Part shown: positions 53,345 through 61,518 of the stretch, piece by piece
Layout of the letters: each line of letters begins with the position of its first letter
How positions within the stretch are numbered: position 1 is the first letter of the stretch
DNA from: a virus
Taxonomy: Duplodnaviria > Caudoviricetes
Direction: 5' to 3' (one strand)
Length of the DNA: 64,000 nucleotides
Virus record (IMG/VR): IMGVR_UViG_3300047672_000041
Coordinates: 6,008 to 70,007 of that record
The notes under the pieces: model-generated
What the model was told of the DNA's origin: nothing
Database searches by the model: none
What the model saw: the letters and a program-made list of their open reading frames with translations, nothing else
Translations under genes and position numbers: made by a program

Positions 53345-54571
53345 ATGATCGAGACCAGTACCCGCAACGCGACCCTCCAGGACCTCGCCGACCTGCTCCA
53401 GGCGCAGCGCGGCCAGGCCCACGACCTGATCGTCCCGGCGTCCTCGCTGGAGTCCTACAACGGGGTGATCCACGTCCCCGGCGCCGAGCAGCGGTTGACC
53501 GTCGACGGGGTCGACACCGTCGACGGCGTGTACCGGCCGACGGCCGTGGCCGATGAGCACCTCGCCGACCGGACCGGGATCCCGGTGCGGTACCTGCGCC
53601 GGATGCGGGAGCAGCGCCCCGACCTGTACGACGCGAACGTCAACGGCTGGCTGCACGGCTGCGTCGTCGTCGAGGGCGACGCGTTCGCCGACCGGGCCGC
53701 GCCGGACGCGCGCCGGTTCCTGCTCCGCACGTTCTCCGCCCAGGACGGCAGCGAGGGGATCCTGCGGGCGGTCCTGTCCGACAGCTACAAGGTGATCGAC
53801 AACCTGGATGTGCTGCTGTCGGTGCTGTCCGCGCTCCGCGAGTCGGGGCACCCGGTCGACATCCGCAGCGCGGACCTGTCGGAGCGCCGCATGGTCGTGA
53901 AGATCAACGCGCCGGGGATCACGGCGCTGGCGCCGGTCCTGCTGGCGGGGTACCGCTCCCCGTTCGGCAACGCCGACGTCGAGGCGGCCCGGCGGTTCGG
54001 CAACGTCGCCCCGGACACCGAGGAGATCGGGCGGGTCGGGAACGCGCCGATCGTGTCGGCCGGGATCCGCATCTCCAACAGCGAGGTCGGGGCGGGCGCG
54101 TTCACGGTCACCCCGGAGATCCTCGTGCTGGCCTGCACGAACGGGATCGTCCGGACGGTCGACGTGATGCGGAACATCCACTCGGGCGCCAAGCTCGACG
54201 AAGGGATCATCCAGTGGTCCGACGCGACGCGCCGGGCGAATCTGGAACTGGTCAAGCGGCAGACCGTCGACGCGGTCGGCACGTTCCTCAACCCCGACTA
54301 CCTGGCCAAGGTCATCGCCGAGGTCGAGGCGAAAGCCGGGGTGCCGCTGACCGGGACGCCGTCGAAGGCGATCGAGGTCGTCGGGAAGGCGCTGGCCTGG
54401 TCGGAGGCGGAGCAGGAGGGGATCCTGGCGCACTTCGCGATGGGTGGCGGGCAGCTGACGCGGGGCGGCGTCCTGAACGCGGTCACGTCGTTCTCGCAGA
54501 CGGTGCCGTCGTCGGACCGGGCGGATGAGCTGGACTCGGCGGCGTTGAAGGTTCTGGATCTGGCGGTCTGA
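53345..54571 (+). CDS. DUF932-like protein
   Basis: RAVLSDSYKVIDNLD, GIRISNSEVGAGA, VLACTNG pattern. Confidence 0.7.
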   Translation: MIETSTRNATLQDLADLLQAQRGQAHDLIVPASSLESYNGVIHVPGAEQRLTVDGVDTVDGVYRPTAVADEHLADRTGIPVRYLRRMREQRPDLYDANVNGWLHGCVVVEGDAFADRAAPDARRFLLRTFSAQDGSEGILRAVLSDSYKVIDNLDVLLSVLSALRESGHPVDIRSADLSERRMVVKINAPGITALAPVLLAGYRSPFGNADVEAARRFGNVAPDTEEIGRVGNAPIVSAGIRISNSEVGAGAFTVTPEILVLACTNGIVRTVDVMRNIHSGAKLDEGIIQWSDATRRANLELVKRQTVDAVGTFLNPDYLAKVIAEVEAKAGVPLTGTPSKAIEVVGKALAWSEAEQEGILAHFAMGGGQLTRGGVLNAVTSFSQTVPSSDRADELDSAALKVLDLAV

Positions 54572-54612
54572 GCACGACGGGCGGGCGTCGGATCCCGGCG
54601 CCCGCCTTCCCT

Positions 54613-54644
54613 CGCACGACCCTCACCGAAGGAGATCATCATGA
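54613..54644 (+). repeat. conserved start-associated leader (perfect 32-bp copy at 57866-57897)
   Basis: CGCACGACCCTCACCGAAGGAGATCATCATGA. Confidence 0.9.
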
Positions 54645-55225
54645 GCACACGCGGAGCACTGGTCTTCGTCCTCAAGGACGAGGAGAAGGTGATCTACAGC
54701 CACAGCGACAGCTACCCCGAAGGGCTCGGCGCCGACGTCCTGCGCTGGCTGCACGAGGCGCTCGCCGACGAGGACGCCCTGTACGCACAGGTGGCCGCGC
54801 TGGCGCCGGTCCCGGACCGGGAGCCGACCGAGGCGGAGCGCGAGCAGCACCGCGCCACTACCGACCGGAACGTGTCGACCGGGCGGGACTGGTACGCGCT
54901 GCTGCGCGACACCCAGGGCGACCCGGCGGCGATCCTGGCGTGCGGGCTCTACGAGGACGCCGGGGACTTCCCGACCGACTCCCTGTTCTGCGAATGGGCC
55001 TACGTCGTCGATCTCGATGCGCGCCGGTTCGAGGTCTACAAGGGGTTCCAGGACCAGCCGCACAAGGCCGGGCGGTGGGGCAGTCGGCGCCCGGGCCGAG
55101 ACAGCGCCGTGACGGCAAGGTCGGCGACGGCGACGGGGAACGGCTATTACCCGGTCCGGCGGATCGCCGACTACCCGTTCGACACGCTGCCCGACCCGGA
55201 CACGCTGCCCGCGCTGCTGGCCTGA
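54641..55225 (+). CDS. hypothetical phage protein
   Basis: MSTRG...YSHSDSYPEGLG...CEWAYVVDLD conserved-looking pattern. Confidence 0.8.
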   Translation: MSTRGALVFVLKDEEKVIYSHSDSYPEGLGADVLRWLHEALADEDALYAQVAALAPVPDREPTEAEREQHRATTDRNVSTGRDWYALLRDTQGDPAAILACGLYEDAGDFPTDSLFCEWAYVVDLDARRFEVYKGFQDQPHKAGRWGSRRPGRDSAVTARSATATGNGYYPVRRIADYPFDTLPDPDTLPALLA

Positions 55226-55320
55226 CCGCTGCTCGACCGGCCGGGGGCGAGGGGTCCCGGCCGGTCTGTGAAGTGGTCAGCCGTCAGGCTGGCGACGTCC
55301 CTCACCGAAGGAGAAGGATC

Positions 55321-55665
55321 ATGTATCAGACGATCGGCGAGCGGTCCGACGCGGCCGAGCTGGCCGCAGCGATGGAGTGGGCCGAGGAGGAGCGGCGGGA
55401 GCGGATCGGCCGGGGTGTCGCCCTGCTCGACGCGAAGGTGCCGGGCTGGGTGGTCGACCGGGCCCGGCTGAGCGTGGGCAGTCTCGACCGGTGCGTGCTC
55501 GGGCAGGTGTTCGGGAACTTTGACCGGGGGCTGCAGGTCCTGGGGCTCACCTGGAGTCAGGGCGACCGCTACGGGTTCGTCAGCGACGGGTGGGAGGACT
55601 ACGCGGACCTGACCGAGTCGTGGCGGGCCGTGCTGGATCCCGACGCCGACGAGGCCGGGCTGTGA
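55321..55665 (+). CDS. hypothetical protein
   Basis: GVALLD...CVLGQVFG; leader motif upstream. Confidence 0.7.
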   Translation: MYQTIGERSDAAELAAAMEWAEEERRERIGRGVALLDAKVPGWVVDRARLSVGSLDRCVLGQVFGNFDRGLQVLGLTWSQGDRYGFVSDGWEDYADLTESWRAVLDPDADEAGL

Positions 55666-56006
55666 GCGCCGCCAGGGTGGTCGACCTGCGGCTCACCGCA
55701 GCCGAGGCCGCCGTGATGATCGCTGCGCTGGACGAGCACGACATGAAGCTAGAGGAGCAGCACGAGGGCGACCGCGCGGTGGACTCCGAGGCGCGGGCGG
55801 CGGCGGGACGGCGGCGGGCTGCGCTGCAGCGGGCGGCGGAGAAGCTGGCCGACGCGCGGGCGGCGAGGGCGGAGCCGCCGCCGGTGACCGCCTCGGAGGT
55901 GGAGCGGCTGCGCAGCATCGAGCAGCGGCTGCTCGCCCGGGAGGCGCGCGCCGAGGACGACGAGGAGGAGACGCTGCGGTGGATCAGGACGGGGCGGGTC
56001 CGGTGA
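55662..56006 (+). CDS. hypothetical helical protein
   Basis: GTGA coupling. Confidence 0.6.
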   Translation: MSAARVVDLRLTAAEAAVMIAALDEHDMKLEEQHEGDRAVDSEARAAAGRRRAALQRAAEKLADARAARAEPPPVTASEVERLRSIEQRLLAREARAEDDEEETLRWIRTGRVR

Positions 56007-56428
56007 GCGGGGCGACGGCGCGGCGGCGGCCGTGCGCGACGTGTCCGTACCGCCGCGATGTGCCGTCGGGGGTGTGGGCGCCCGAGGAGTACGCGAAGCT
56101 GCCCGCCTACGACGGCGAGATCGTCGAGCAGGTCACGGCGGGCGGCACGGCGGCGTTCTACTGCCACCAGCAGGACGGGTCGCTGTGCGCCGGGTGGTTG
56201 GGTCACCGGGATCCGTACGACCTGTTCGCGGTCCGGCTGGGCGTCGGGAACGGGGCGCTGGATGAGTCGGTGACCGTCTACTCGACCGACGTCGACCTGT
56301 TCGGGTCGGGGGCGGAGGCGGCGGCGCACGGCCGGGCCGACATCGCCGACCCGGCGGCGCGCGCGGTCGAGGCCATGCGCAAGATCCTGACCACGCGCCG
56401 GTCCCGGCGCGCGGCCGGGGAGGGCTGA
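56003..56428 (+). CDS. DUF6283-like protein
   Basis: PCATCPYRRDVPSGVW...FYCHQ...LCAGW. Confidence 0.7.
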   Translation: MSGATARRRPCATCPYRRDVPSGVWAPEEYAKLPAYDGEIVEQVTAGGTAAFYCHQQDGSLCAGWLGHRDPYDLFAVRLGVGNGALDESVTVYSTDVDLFGSGAEAAAHGRADIADPAARAVEAMRKILTTRRSRRAAGEG

Positions 56429-56431
56429 CCG

Positions 56432-56713
56432 GTGGGACACATCTGCCCGGCGTGCGGGTGCCGCTGCCTGGCCAGTGACGAGCCGCCGGTGCCGCCGGAG
56501 CCGCCCCGTGGGACGTGGGTGAAGGACCGGCACGGGGGCACGCATCAGCGCCGCGTGGACGACGACGGCCGGGACGGGTGGGGCTCCGGGCCGGGGTTCT
56601 ACTCGTTCGGGCTGTGGTCGGCGATGTGGCGGGCGCGCGGCCCCCTTGTGGTGTGCGGGCCATACGGCGCGCCGCTGGCCGGGGGTGGTGACAGTGCCTC
56701 CCCCGGACCGTAA
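56432..56713 (+). CDS. hypothetical protein
   Basis: CPACGC at N-terminus. Confidence 0.55.
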   Translation: MGHICPACGCRCLASDEPPVPPEPPRGTWVKDRHGGTHQRRVDDDGRDGWGSGPGFYSFGLWSAMWRARGPLVVCGPYGAPLAGGGDSASPGP

Positions 56714-56723
56714 CGTCGTCGGG
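56688..56723 (+). promoter_or_regulatory. leaderless promoter GTGACA-N17-TAACGT
   Basis: ATG 7 nt after the -10 box. Confidence 0.5.
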
Positions 56724-56993
56724 ATGGACCCGACGACGTTGGACCCGACGGCGGCGCTGCTCGACGTGACCGGGGTAGCCGCCCGGGTCGGGGTGCGACC
56801 GGACACGATCCGCGACTACCTCGGCGTGGCGCGGCTGCGGCGGCAGGCGGGCGAGGAGCGCCCGGGGGATCTGCCGGACCCGGATGCCCGGTTCGGGGGG
56901 TCGCCGGTGTGGCGGGTCGAGACGATCGAGCGGTGGGTGCGGTCCCGGCCGGGGCGGGGGGTCGGCGGGGGCCGCCGCCGGGGGTCGTCGTGA
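56724..56993 (+). CDS. AlpA/excisionase-like HTH protein
   Basis: LLDVTGVAARVGVRPDTIRDY...LPDPD...SPVWRVETIERW. Confidence 0.8.
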   Translation: MDPTTLDPTAALLDVTGVAARVGVRPDTIRDYLGVARLRRQAGEERPGDLPDPDARFGGSPVWRVETIERWVRSRPGRGVGGGRRRGSS

Positions 56994-57244
56994 CGCGGCG
57001 GGTGCGGTGGTTCCGGTTGTGCTCGGGGCGGGGGGTGACGGCGCGCCCGGCGGTGAGTGCGGCGCGTGGCCCGCTGGTGCGGGTGCGGTGGGTCGCGGCG
57101 GACGGGGCGGGGTTGCCGTCGCTGTCGGACTCGCTGCCAGCGGATGAGGCGTGGGCGTTGGGGCGGCAGTTGAAGCGGGCGGCGAAGGTGGCGCGGCGGC
57201 AGTCCCGGAAGGCGGCGCCGTTCCCGCCGCCGCGCTTCCCCTAG
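56990..57244 (+). CDS. basic hypothetical protein
   Basis: GTGA coupling. Confidence 0.5.
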   Translation: MTRRVRWFRLCSGRGVTARPAVSAARGPLVRVRWVAADGAGLPSLSDSLPADEAWALGRQLKRAAKVARRQSRKAAPFPPPRFP

Positions 57245-57350
57245 ACGGGTGGGGCGTGGACAGCCACGTAAGAACCGGGACGAGCGCGCCGGGCTGGTCG
57301 GGCGCGCATCGCGGCCGATCGTCCCGGTCGCCCCACTTCCCCTAGTGAAG

Positions 57351-57386
57351 TAGACACGCGGCTAGTTCGCGTGTAGACTCGCGTCT
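57351..57386 (+). promoter_or_regulatory. TAGAC-class promoter 3 (TAGACA-N17-TAGACT), leaderless
   Basis: ATG 7 nt after -10; palindrome TAGACTCGCGTCTA. Confidence 0.8.
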
Positions 57387-57815
57387 ATGACCTCATCAAC
57401 CAGCACCCGCCGCCGCAGCCCCGCCGCCCGCAAAGCCGCCGCCGAGAAGGCCGCCGCCGAGCGCACCGCCCTCATGGACCAGCTGGAGGCGTTCGCCGAC
57501 GACCTCGACGACGACGACATCGCCGCCGCCCGGGTCGCGATCTTCGCCACCCGGTACAGCGAGCGCAACGCCACCTTGATCGTCATGCAGTGCCCGGCCG
57601 CCCGCGAAGTCCACGGCTACGGGGACTGGCAGAAGCTGGGCCGCCAGGTCCGCAAGGGCGAGCACGGCATCCGGATCCTCGCCCCCGCCGGGCACTCCGA
57701 GACCGAGCGCGACGAGACCGGCAAGGAGACCAAGAAGGGCCGCCAGTTCTTCAAGCTGGTCTCGGTGTTCGACATCGCCCAGACCGACGCGATCGTCCCG
57801 GCCCCGGCCGAGTGA
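57387..57815 (+). CDS. ArdC-like N-terminal ssDNA-binding domain protein (stand-alone)
   Basis: YSERNATLIVMQCP...GYGDWQKLGRQVRKGEHGIRILAP. Confidence 0.85.
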   Translation: MTSSTSTRRRSPAARKAAAEKAAAERTALMDQLEAFADDLDDDDIAAARVAIFATRYSERNATLIVMQCPAAREVHGYGDWQKLGRQVRKGEHGIRILAPAGHSETERDETGKETKKGRQFFKLVSVFDIAQTDAIVPAPAE

Positions 57816-57937
57816 TCTTCCCCCGGCCCGTCCTCCCGTGGCGGGCCGGGGGTCCCTCCCCATCGCGCACGACCCTCACCGAAGGAGATCATCATGACCG
57901 CCGACACCGTCACCACGTACGCGCTGTCGGTGTCCCG

Positions 57938-58276
57938 ATGAGCGACCGCGACGAAGCTGTCCGGGTTGCTCGGGCTCGCGCCCAGCGTCAGCATCGGGGC
58001 ACCGGCCATTACCCGGTGACCGTCGGCGGCTACGTCGTCGGCCACGTCGAGCGGGTCGAGTCCCGCGTCACCGGCAACGTGAGCTGGAAGGCGTTCACCG
58101 ACGACGGGACGCCGGTCGTGAACCCCGGCATCGGCGACAACAGCAGCCTGTTTTTCGGGATCCGGCGCAGCGCTGTCCGGGCGGTCGCGGCCACCGACGG
58201 GGCGGTCGAGGCTTACCGGCAGGCTGCGCGCGAAGGGACCTTCGGCTACCGCGAGCAGGCCCGGGTGTCCCGATGA
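57938..58276 (+). CDS. hypothetical protein flanked by 16-bp direct repeats
   Basis: GGTGTCCCGATGAGCG at 57929-57944 and 58264-58279. Confidence 0.65.
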   Translation: MSDRDEAVRVARARAQRQHRGTGHYPVTVGGYVVGHVERVESRVTGNVSWKAFTDDGTPVVNPGIGDNSSLFFGIRRSAVRAVAATDGAVEAYRQAAREGTFGYREQARVSR

Positions 58277-58461
58277 GCGCTGTGACCGCCTACCAGTGCC
58301 GCCGGTGCGGGCACCCGTTCTACGAGCACCGCGAGTCGCGGGAGTGGCAGTTGATGAACCCGCGCCGGAAGCGGGACCTGCACGGCTGCACCCGCCACGG
58401 GTGCGGCTGTGCTACCGCCGATGACTCCCACGTGGTGAAGCCCGAGCGGGGCTCGCGATGA
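58273..58461 (+). CDS. small Zn-finger protein
   Basis: CRRCGH...CTRHGCGC. Confidence 0.65.
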   Translation: MSAVTAYQCRRCGHPFYEHRESREWQLMNPRRKRDLHGCTRHGCGCATADDSHVVKPERGSR

Positions 58462-58693
58462 GCACGGACGTGCTGGCCGTCGCGCTCGCGTCGGCGGTCG
58501 ACGGGGTGATCGTGCGGGGTCCGGCCGCGAAGCCGTCGCCAGCGCGATCTACGTCGAGTACAGCGACGCGCTCCGCGAGACCAGCGTCGACGCCCCCAGC
58601 TACGCCGAGCTGTACCGCCTGCGCAACGACGCCGCGAGCCGGTACAGCGCCACGCACGACGCGCTCGCCGCCGTCCGCCGCCTCGCCTACTGA
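58458..58693 (+). pseudogene. probable frameshifted gene
   Basis: MSTDVLAVAL... in one frame; coding-like EAVASAIYVEYSDALRE...AY-stop in another frame; switch near 58515. Confidence 0.45.
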
Positions 58694-58755
58694 CCCCCCT
58701 AGATCAACCCGAGTGGCACTGCCTGCACCGACCCCCCCCTCACCAGGAGATCATC

Positions 58756-59067
58756 ATGGACACCACCCAGCCCGCGAGCACGCCGAAGCAGGCCCGCCAG
58801 ACCGACTACGTCGTGACGTTCGACGACGGCCGGATCGGCCGTGAGCGCGACGTCGCGCCGCTGCTCGTGCCCGTCGTCGAGGATGACGAGCGGGCCCAGG
58901 CCCTCGCCCGGCACGTGTACTTCTACGCCCGCCCGAAGCTGATCAGCGGCGAGCTGAACGTGGCTATCGAGATGGACGACAAGATCCCCGGCACCGGCAA
59001 GGGCTGGATCACCGCCGGGTTCAACACGGCCGCGCGGTTCACCATCGCTCCGGCAACGGAGGAATGA
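58756..59067 (+). CDS. hypothetical protein
   Basis: Leader motif upstream; VTFDDGRIGR. Confidence 0.75.
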   Translation: MDTTQPASTPKQARQTDYVVTFDDGRIGRERDVAPLLVPVVEDDERAQALARHVYFYARPKLISGELNVAIEMDDKIPGTGKGWITAGFNTAARFTIAPATEE

Positions 59068-59426
59068 CCGACATGCTGAAGTACCAGCAGACGTCCAGCG
59101 TCAACGACGAGAGCCAGGAGGTCCGGTTCACGATCGCGTTGATCGACGTCGAGCCGCGTCCCCTCTACCACAACAGCAACACCGTGTGGCGGCCGGAGCG
59201 GATCGCGGGCCACTGGTCCCGGTCCCGGGTCAACGGCCACGCCTGGTCGGAGTGGCAGTGGTCGGCCCGGGTGATCGGACCGAAACTCAAACGCGACGGC
59301 TCGCCGTACGCGGGCAGGGAGTACCGCGACTACATCGGCTTCCGCAGCGAGTGGATCGAAGCGGTGGAGTCGACCCGGCCGGGCGTCGAGCTGCCGGTGC
59401 CGTTCGCCGAACCCACAACCCCCTGA
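59064..59426 (+). CDS. hypothetical protein
   Basis: ATGA coupling; VIGPKLKRDGS. Confidence 0.7.
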   Translation: MTDMLKYQQTSSVNDESQEVRFTIALIDVEPRPLYHNSNTVWRPERIAGHWSRSRVNGHAWSEWQWSARVIGPKLKRDGSPYAGREYRDYIGFRSEWIEAVESTRPGVELPVPFAEPTTP

Positions 59427-59483
59427 TCGTCCCGGCGGCGCTCGCCGCCGGGCCTGCACGACCCTCACCAAGGAGATCATCAC

Positions 59484-59939
59484 ATGAACGCACGCATCAC
59501 CGTCGCCGCTGCACTGGCCGTGGCCGGGCTGTCCCTCGGGATCGGGGCCTGCGCCCCGGCGGCGGCGGCCGGGCCCCCAGCACCCGCACCGGCCCCGGTG
59601 CCCGCCCCCGTGGCCGGGCCGCCCGGGGACGTCAAGCTGTGGACCGCGCCGCCGGAGCCGCCCGCCCCGGTCGAGCTGCCGACGCACACCGACACGCTGA
59701 TCGTCCGGCCGGGGATGTACGAGGCCGGGACGGACATCAAGGCGGGCAAGTGGAAGACGACCGGCCCGCTGCTGGGCTACTCGTACTGGACGGCCGGGGT
59801 GACCGACGCCAACGGGAAGCTGGTCGAGTACGAGCACGTCGACGGTCCGGCGTACATCACGGTGAAGAAGGGGCAGATCTTGAAGCTGGGCGGGGGGGAC
59901 GCGACCGCGATCGCGTGGTCGTGGGTGTCGCCCGCGTAG
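59484..59939 (+). CDS. lipoprotein
   Basis: Signal peptide with IGA-C lipobox; PGMYEAGTDIKAGKWKTTG domain. Confidence 0.75.
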   Translation: MNARITVAAALAVAGLSLGIGACAPAAAAGPPAPAPAPVPAPVAGPPGDVKLWTAPPEPPAPVELPTHTDTLIVRPGMYEAGTDIKAGKWKTTGPLLGYSYWTAGVTDANGKLVEYEHVDGPAYITVKKGQILKLGGGDATAIAWSWVSPA

Positions 59940-59965
59940 ACGCGCGTCTATCGTCCCTGTAGTCT
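59937..59965 (+). promoter_or_regulatory. TAGAC-class promoter 4 (TAGACG-N17-TAGTCT)
   Basis: Perfect palindrome TAGACGCGCGTCTA at 59937-59950. Confidence 0.75.
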
Positions 59966-60026
59966 GATCTCTACCCCGGTCCCGCCATCCCGGCGGGCCG
60001 GGGGATCCCTCACCAAGGAGCACACC

Positions 60027-60260
60027 ATGAGCAACACCGACACGCACGGCGGGTTCGACGTCGACGCGGGCTGGGCCCGGCTGCTCGACTGGATGACCGC
60101 GCAGCTGAGCCACACACTGCAGGTCCCGCACGACGGCCCCGACGACGTCGCCGACCTCGACGACCTCGACCTCGCCGGGCCCAGCTACTGGTGCACCTGC
60201 TCGTGCAAGCGCTGCTACGACGGGTTCCACTGCGGCTCGACCAAGTGCCGGGGCGGCTGA
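60027..60260 (+). CDS. hypothetical Cys-rich protein
   Basis: CTCSCKRC...HCGSTKC; leader motif upstream. Confidence 0.7.
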   Translation: MSNTDTHGGFDVDAGWARLLDWMTAQLSHTLQVPHDGPDDVADLDDLDLAGPSYWCTCSCKRCYDGFHCGSTKCRGG

Positions 60261-60511
60261 TGGCGTCCCGGACCATCCCGCGCAACGCCTCCCGGCAGAT
60301 CGCGGCGATCCGGGAGCGCGAGCTGACCTGCCAGGTCTACTGCCTGCGGAACGACTTCCACGCCCGCGACTGCGACCCGCAGTACGCGTGGGACGACCTC
60401 GCCCAGTACCGGTTCGCCCGGCTGTCCGAGCACACCGACCGGGACCACCACTGGGTGATCCAGGTGCACGACAACCTCTGGTACGAGCTGCGGGCGGAGC
60501 CGCCCGCATGA
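60260..60511 (+). CDS. hypothetical protein
   Basis: TGATG coupling; VHDNLWYEL. Confidence 0.7.
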   Translation: MASRTIPRNASRQIAAIRERELTCQVYCLRNDFHARDCDPQYAWDDLAQYRFARLSEHTDRDHHWVIQVHDNLWYELRAEPPA

Positions 60512-60532
60512 GCAGCGAAGGGAGGCGATCCC

Positions 60533-60802
60533 ATGATCCGCAACCGTTGGCAGGGGTTCGCCTCCTGCCGCGACGTCGACCCGGAGGTGTTCTTCCCGGT
60601 CGGGGACGACTGGGCGGTGGCCCCGGGTCCGGTGCCGGTGCCGTGGCGGTCCCGCGCGGACCGGGCCAAGGCGGTGTGCGACCGGTGCCCGGTGCGGGCC
60701 CAGTGCCTGGCCGACGCGATGGACCGCACCGACATCTGGGCGATCTTGGGTGGGCTCGACCCGGTCGAGCGCGCCGCTCTCACCCGCCGTCCGGCGGCGT
60801 GA
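60533..60802 (+). CDS. WhiB-family (Wbl) regulator
   Basis: C...DPEVFFP...AKAVCDRCPVRAQC...ILGG. Confidence 0.88.
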   Translation: MIRNRWQGFASCRDVDPEVFFPVGDDWAVAPGPVPVPWRSRADRAKAVCDRCPVRAQCLADAMDRTDIWAILGGLDPVERAALTRRPAA

Positions 60803-60872
60803 TGGTCGGAGGGGGGTCGGGTTGCTCGGGCACGCGGGCCCGGCCCCCCTCCCGAACGTGGAGGCATCAGCG

Positions 60873-61148
60873 ATGACGAGCACGCGGAAGTACCAGCCGA
60901 CCCAGACCGAACTGGCCGACTTGATCCCGGAGGATCGGGAGCTGCTGGTGACGGTGACGGCGACGACGGAGCGGGCGAAGGAGACCGAACAGGTGGCCCG
61001 GGAGGCGGCGTTGGCGCGGCGGTCCGCGATCGCGGCGGCGTACGACGCGCGCATCCCCCGGCCGTTGATCGCGGAGGCGGCGGGCTACCAGGGCGTGGAC
61101 GCGGTGCAGAAAGCGAACAAGCGCGCCAAGGCGGCGGCGGCGGAGTGA
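60873..61148 (+). CDS. small HTH-like protein
   Basis: GGAGG RBS; RPLIAEAAGYQGVDAVQK. Confidence 0.6.
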   Translation: MTSTRKYQPTQTELADLIPEDRELLVTVTATTERAKETEQVAREAALARRSAIAAAYDARIPRPLIAEAAGYQGVDAVQKANKRAKAAAAE

Positions 61149-61182
61149 TGTTCGCGCGCTGCAACAGGTGCGGCGTCCGGCG

Positions 61183-61518
61183 TCACTCGGCGGTGGGCGC
61201 CTCGCCGTCGTCGGGCTGATCGTCCTCGTCGTCGTCGCCCCCGACGAGCGACCGCAGCGTGACCGCCTTCCCGTCGGTGGTGTTCCCGACGTGGACCGGG
61301 TCGGGGTAGGCGCCCCGGATGTCGTCCACTGTGGGCAGTGAGTCGCCGTCCTCGGGCATGTCCCAGCCGACCAGGGAGTCGACCAGGCGCAGGGCCTTCC
61401 CCGGCGCCATGGCGATCTCGTCGTCGCCGACGGCGAGCATCAGCCAGCCCCCCGGGGTGTGCTCGGGGCGGGCGGGCTTGGCGGGCTTGCCCTTGGCGGG
61501 CTTGTCGGGCTTGGGCAC
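61183..61518 (-). CDS. hypothetical protein with acidic C-terminus
   Basis: GGAGG RBS; coding-like composition. Confidence 0.6.
   Translation of the reverse strand: MPKPDKPAKGKPAKPARPEHTPGGWLMLAVGDDEIAMAPGKALRLVDSLVGWDMPEDGDSLPTVDDIRGAYPDPVHVGNTTDGKAVTLRSLVGGDDDEDDQPDDGEAPTAE

Noticed and set aside
56724-56993. Excisionase marking an att site
   Set aside because: The HTH is AlpA/Xis-like, but no integrase or att core repeat was found nearby.
57242-57270. Fifth TAGAC promoter
   Set aside because: TAGACG is present, but no TANNNT box lies 17 nt downstream.
58458-58844. 128-aa ORF as given in the ORF track
   Set aside because: The second half is out-of-frame Ser/Pro/Arg sequence; better explained as a frameshifted gene ending at 58693 or a sequencing error.
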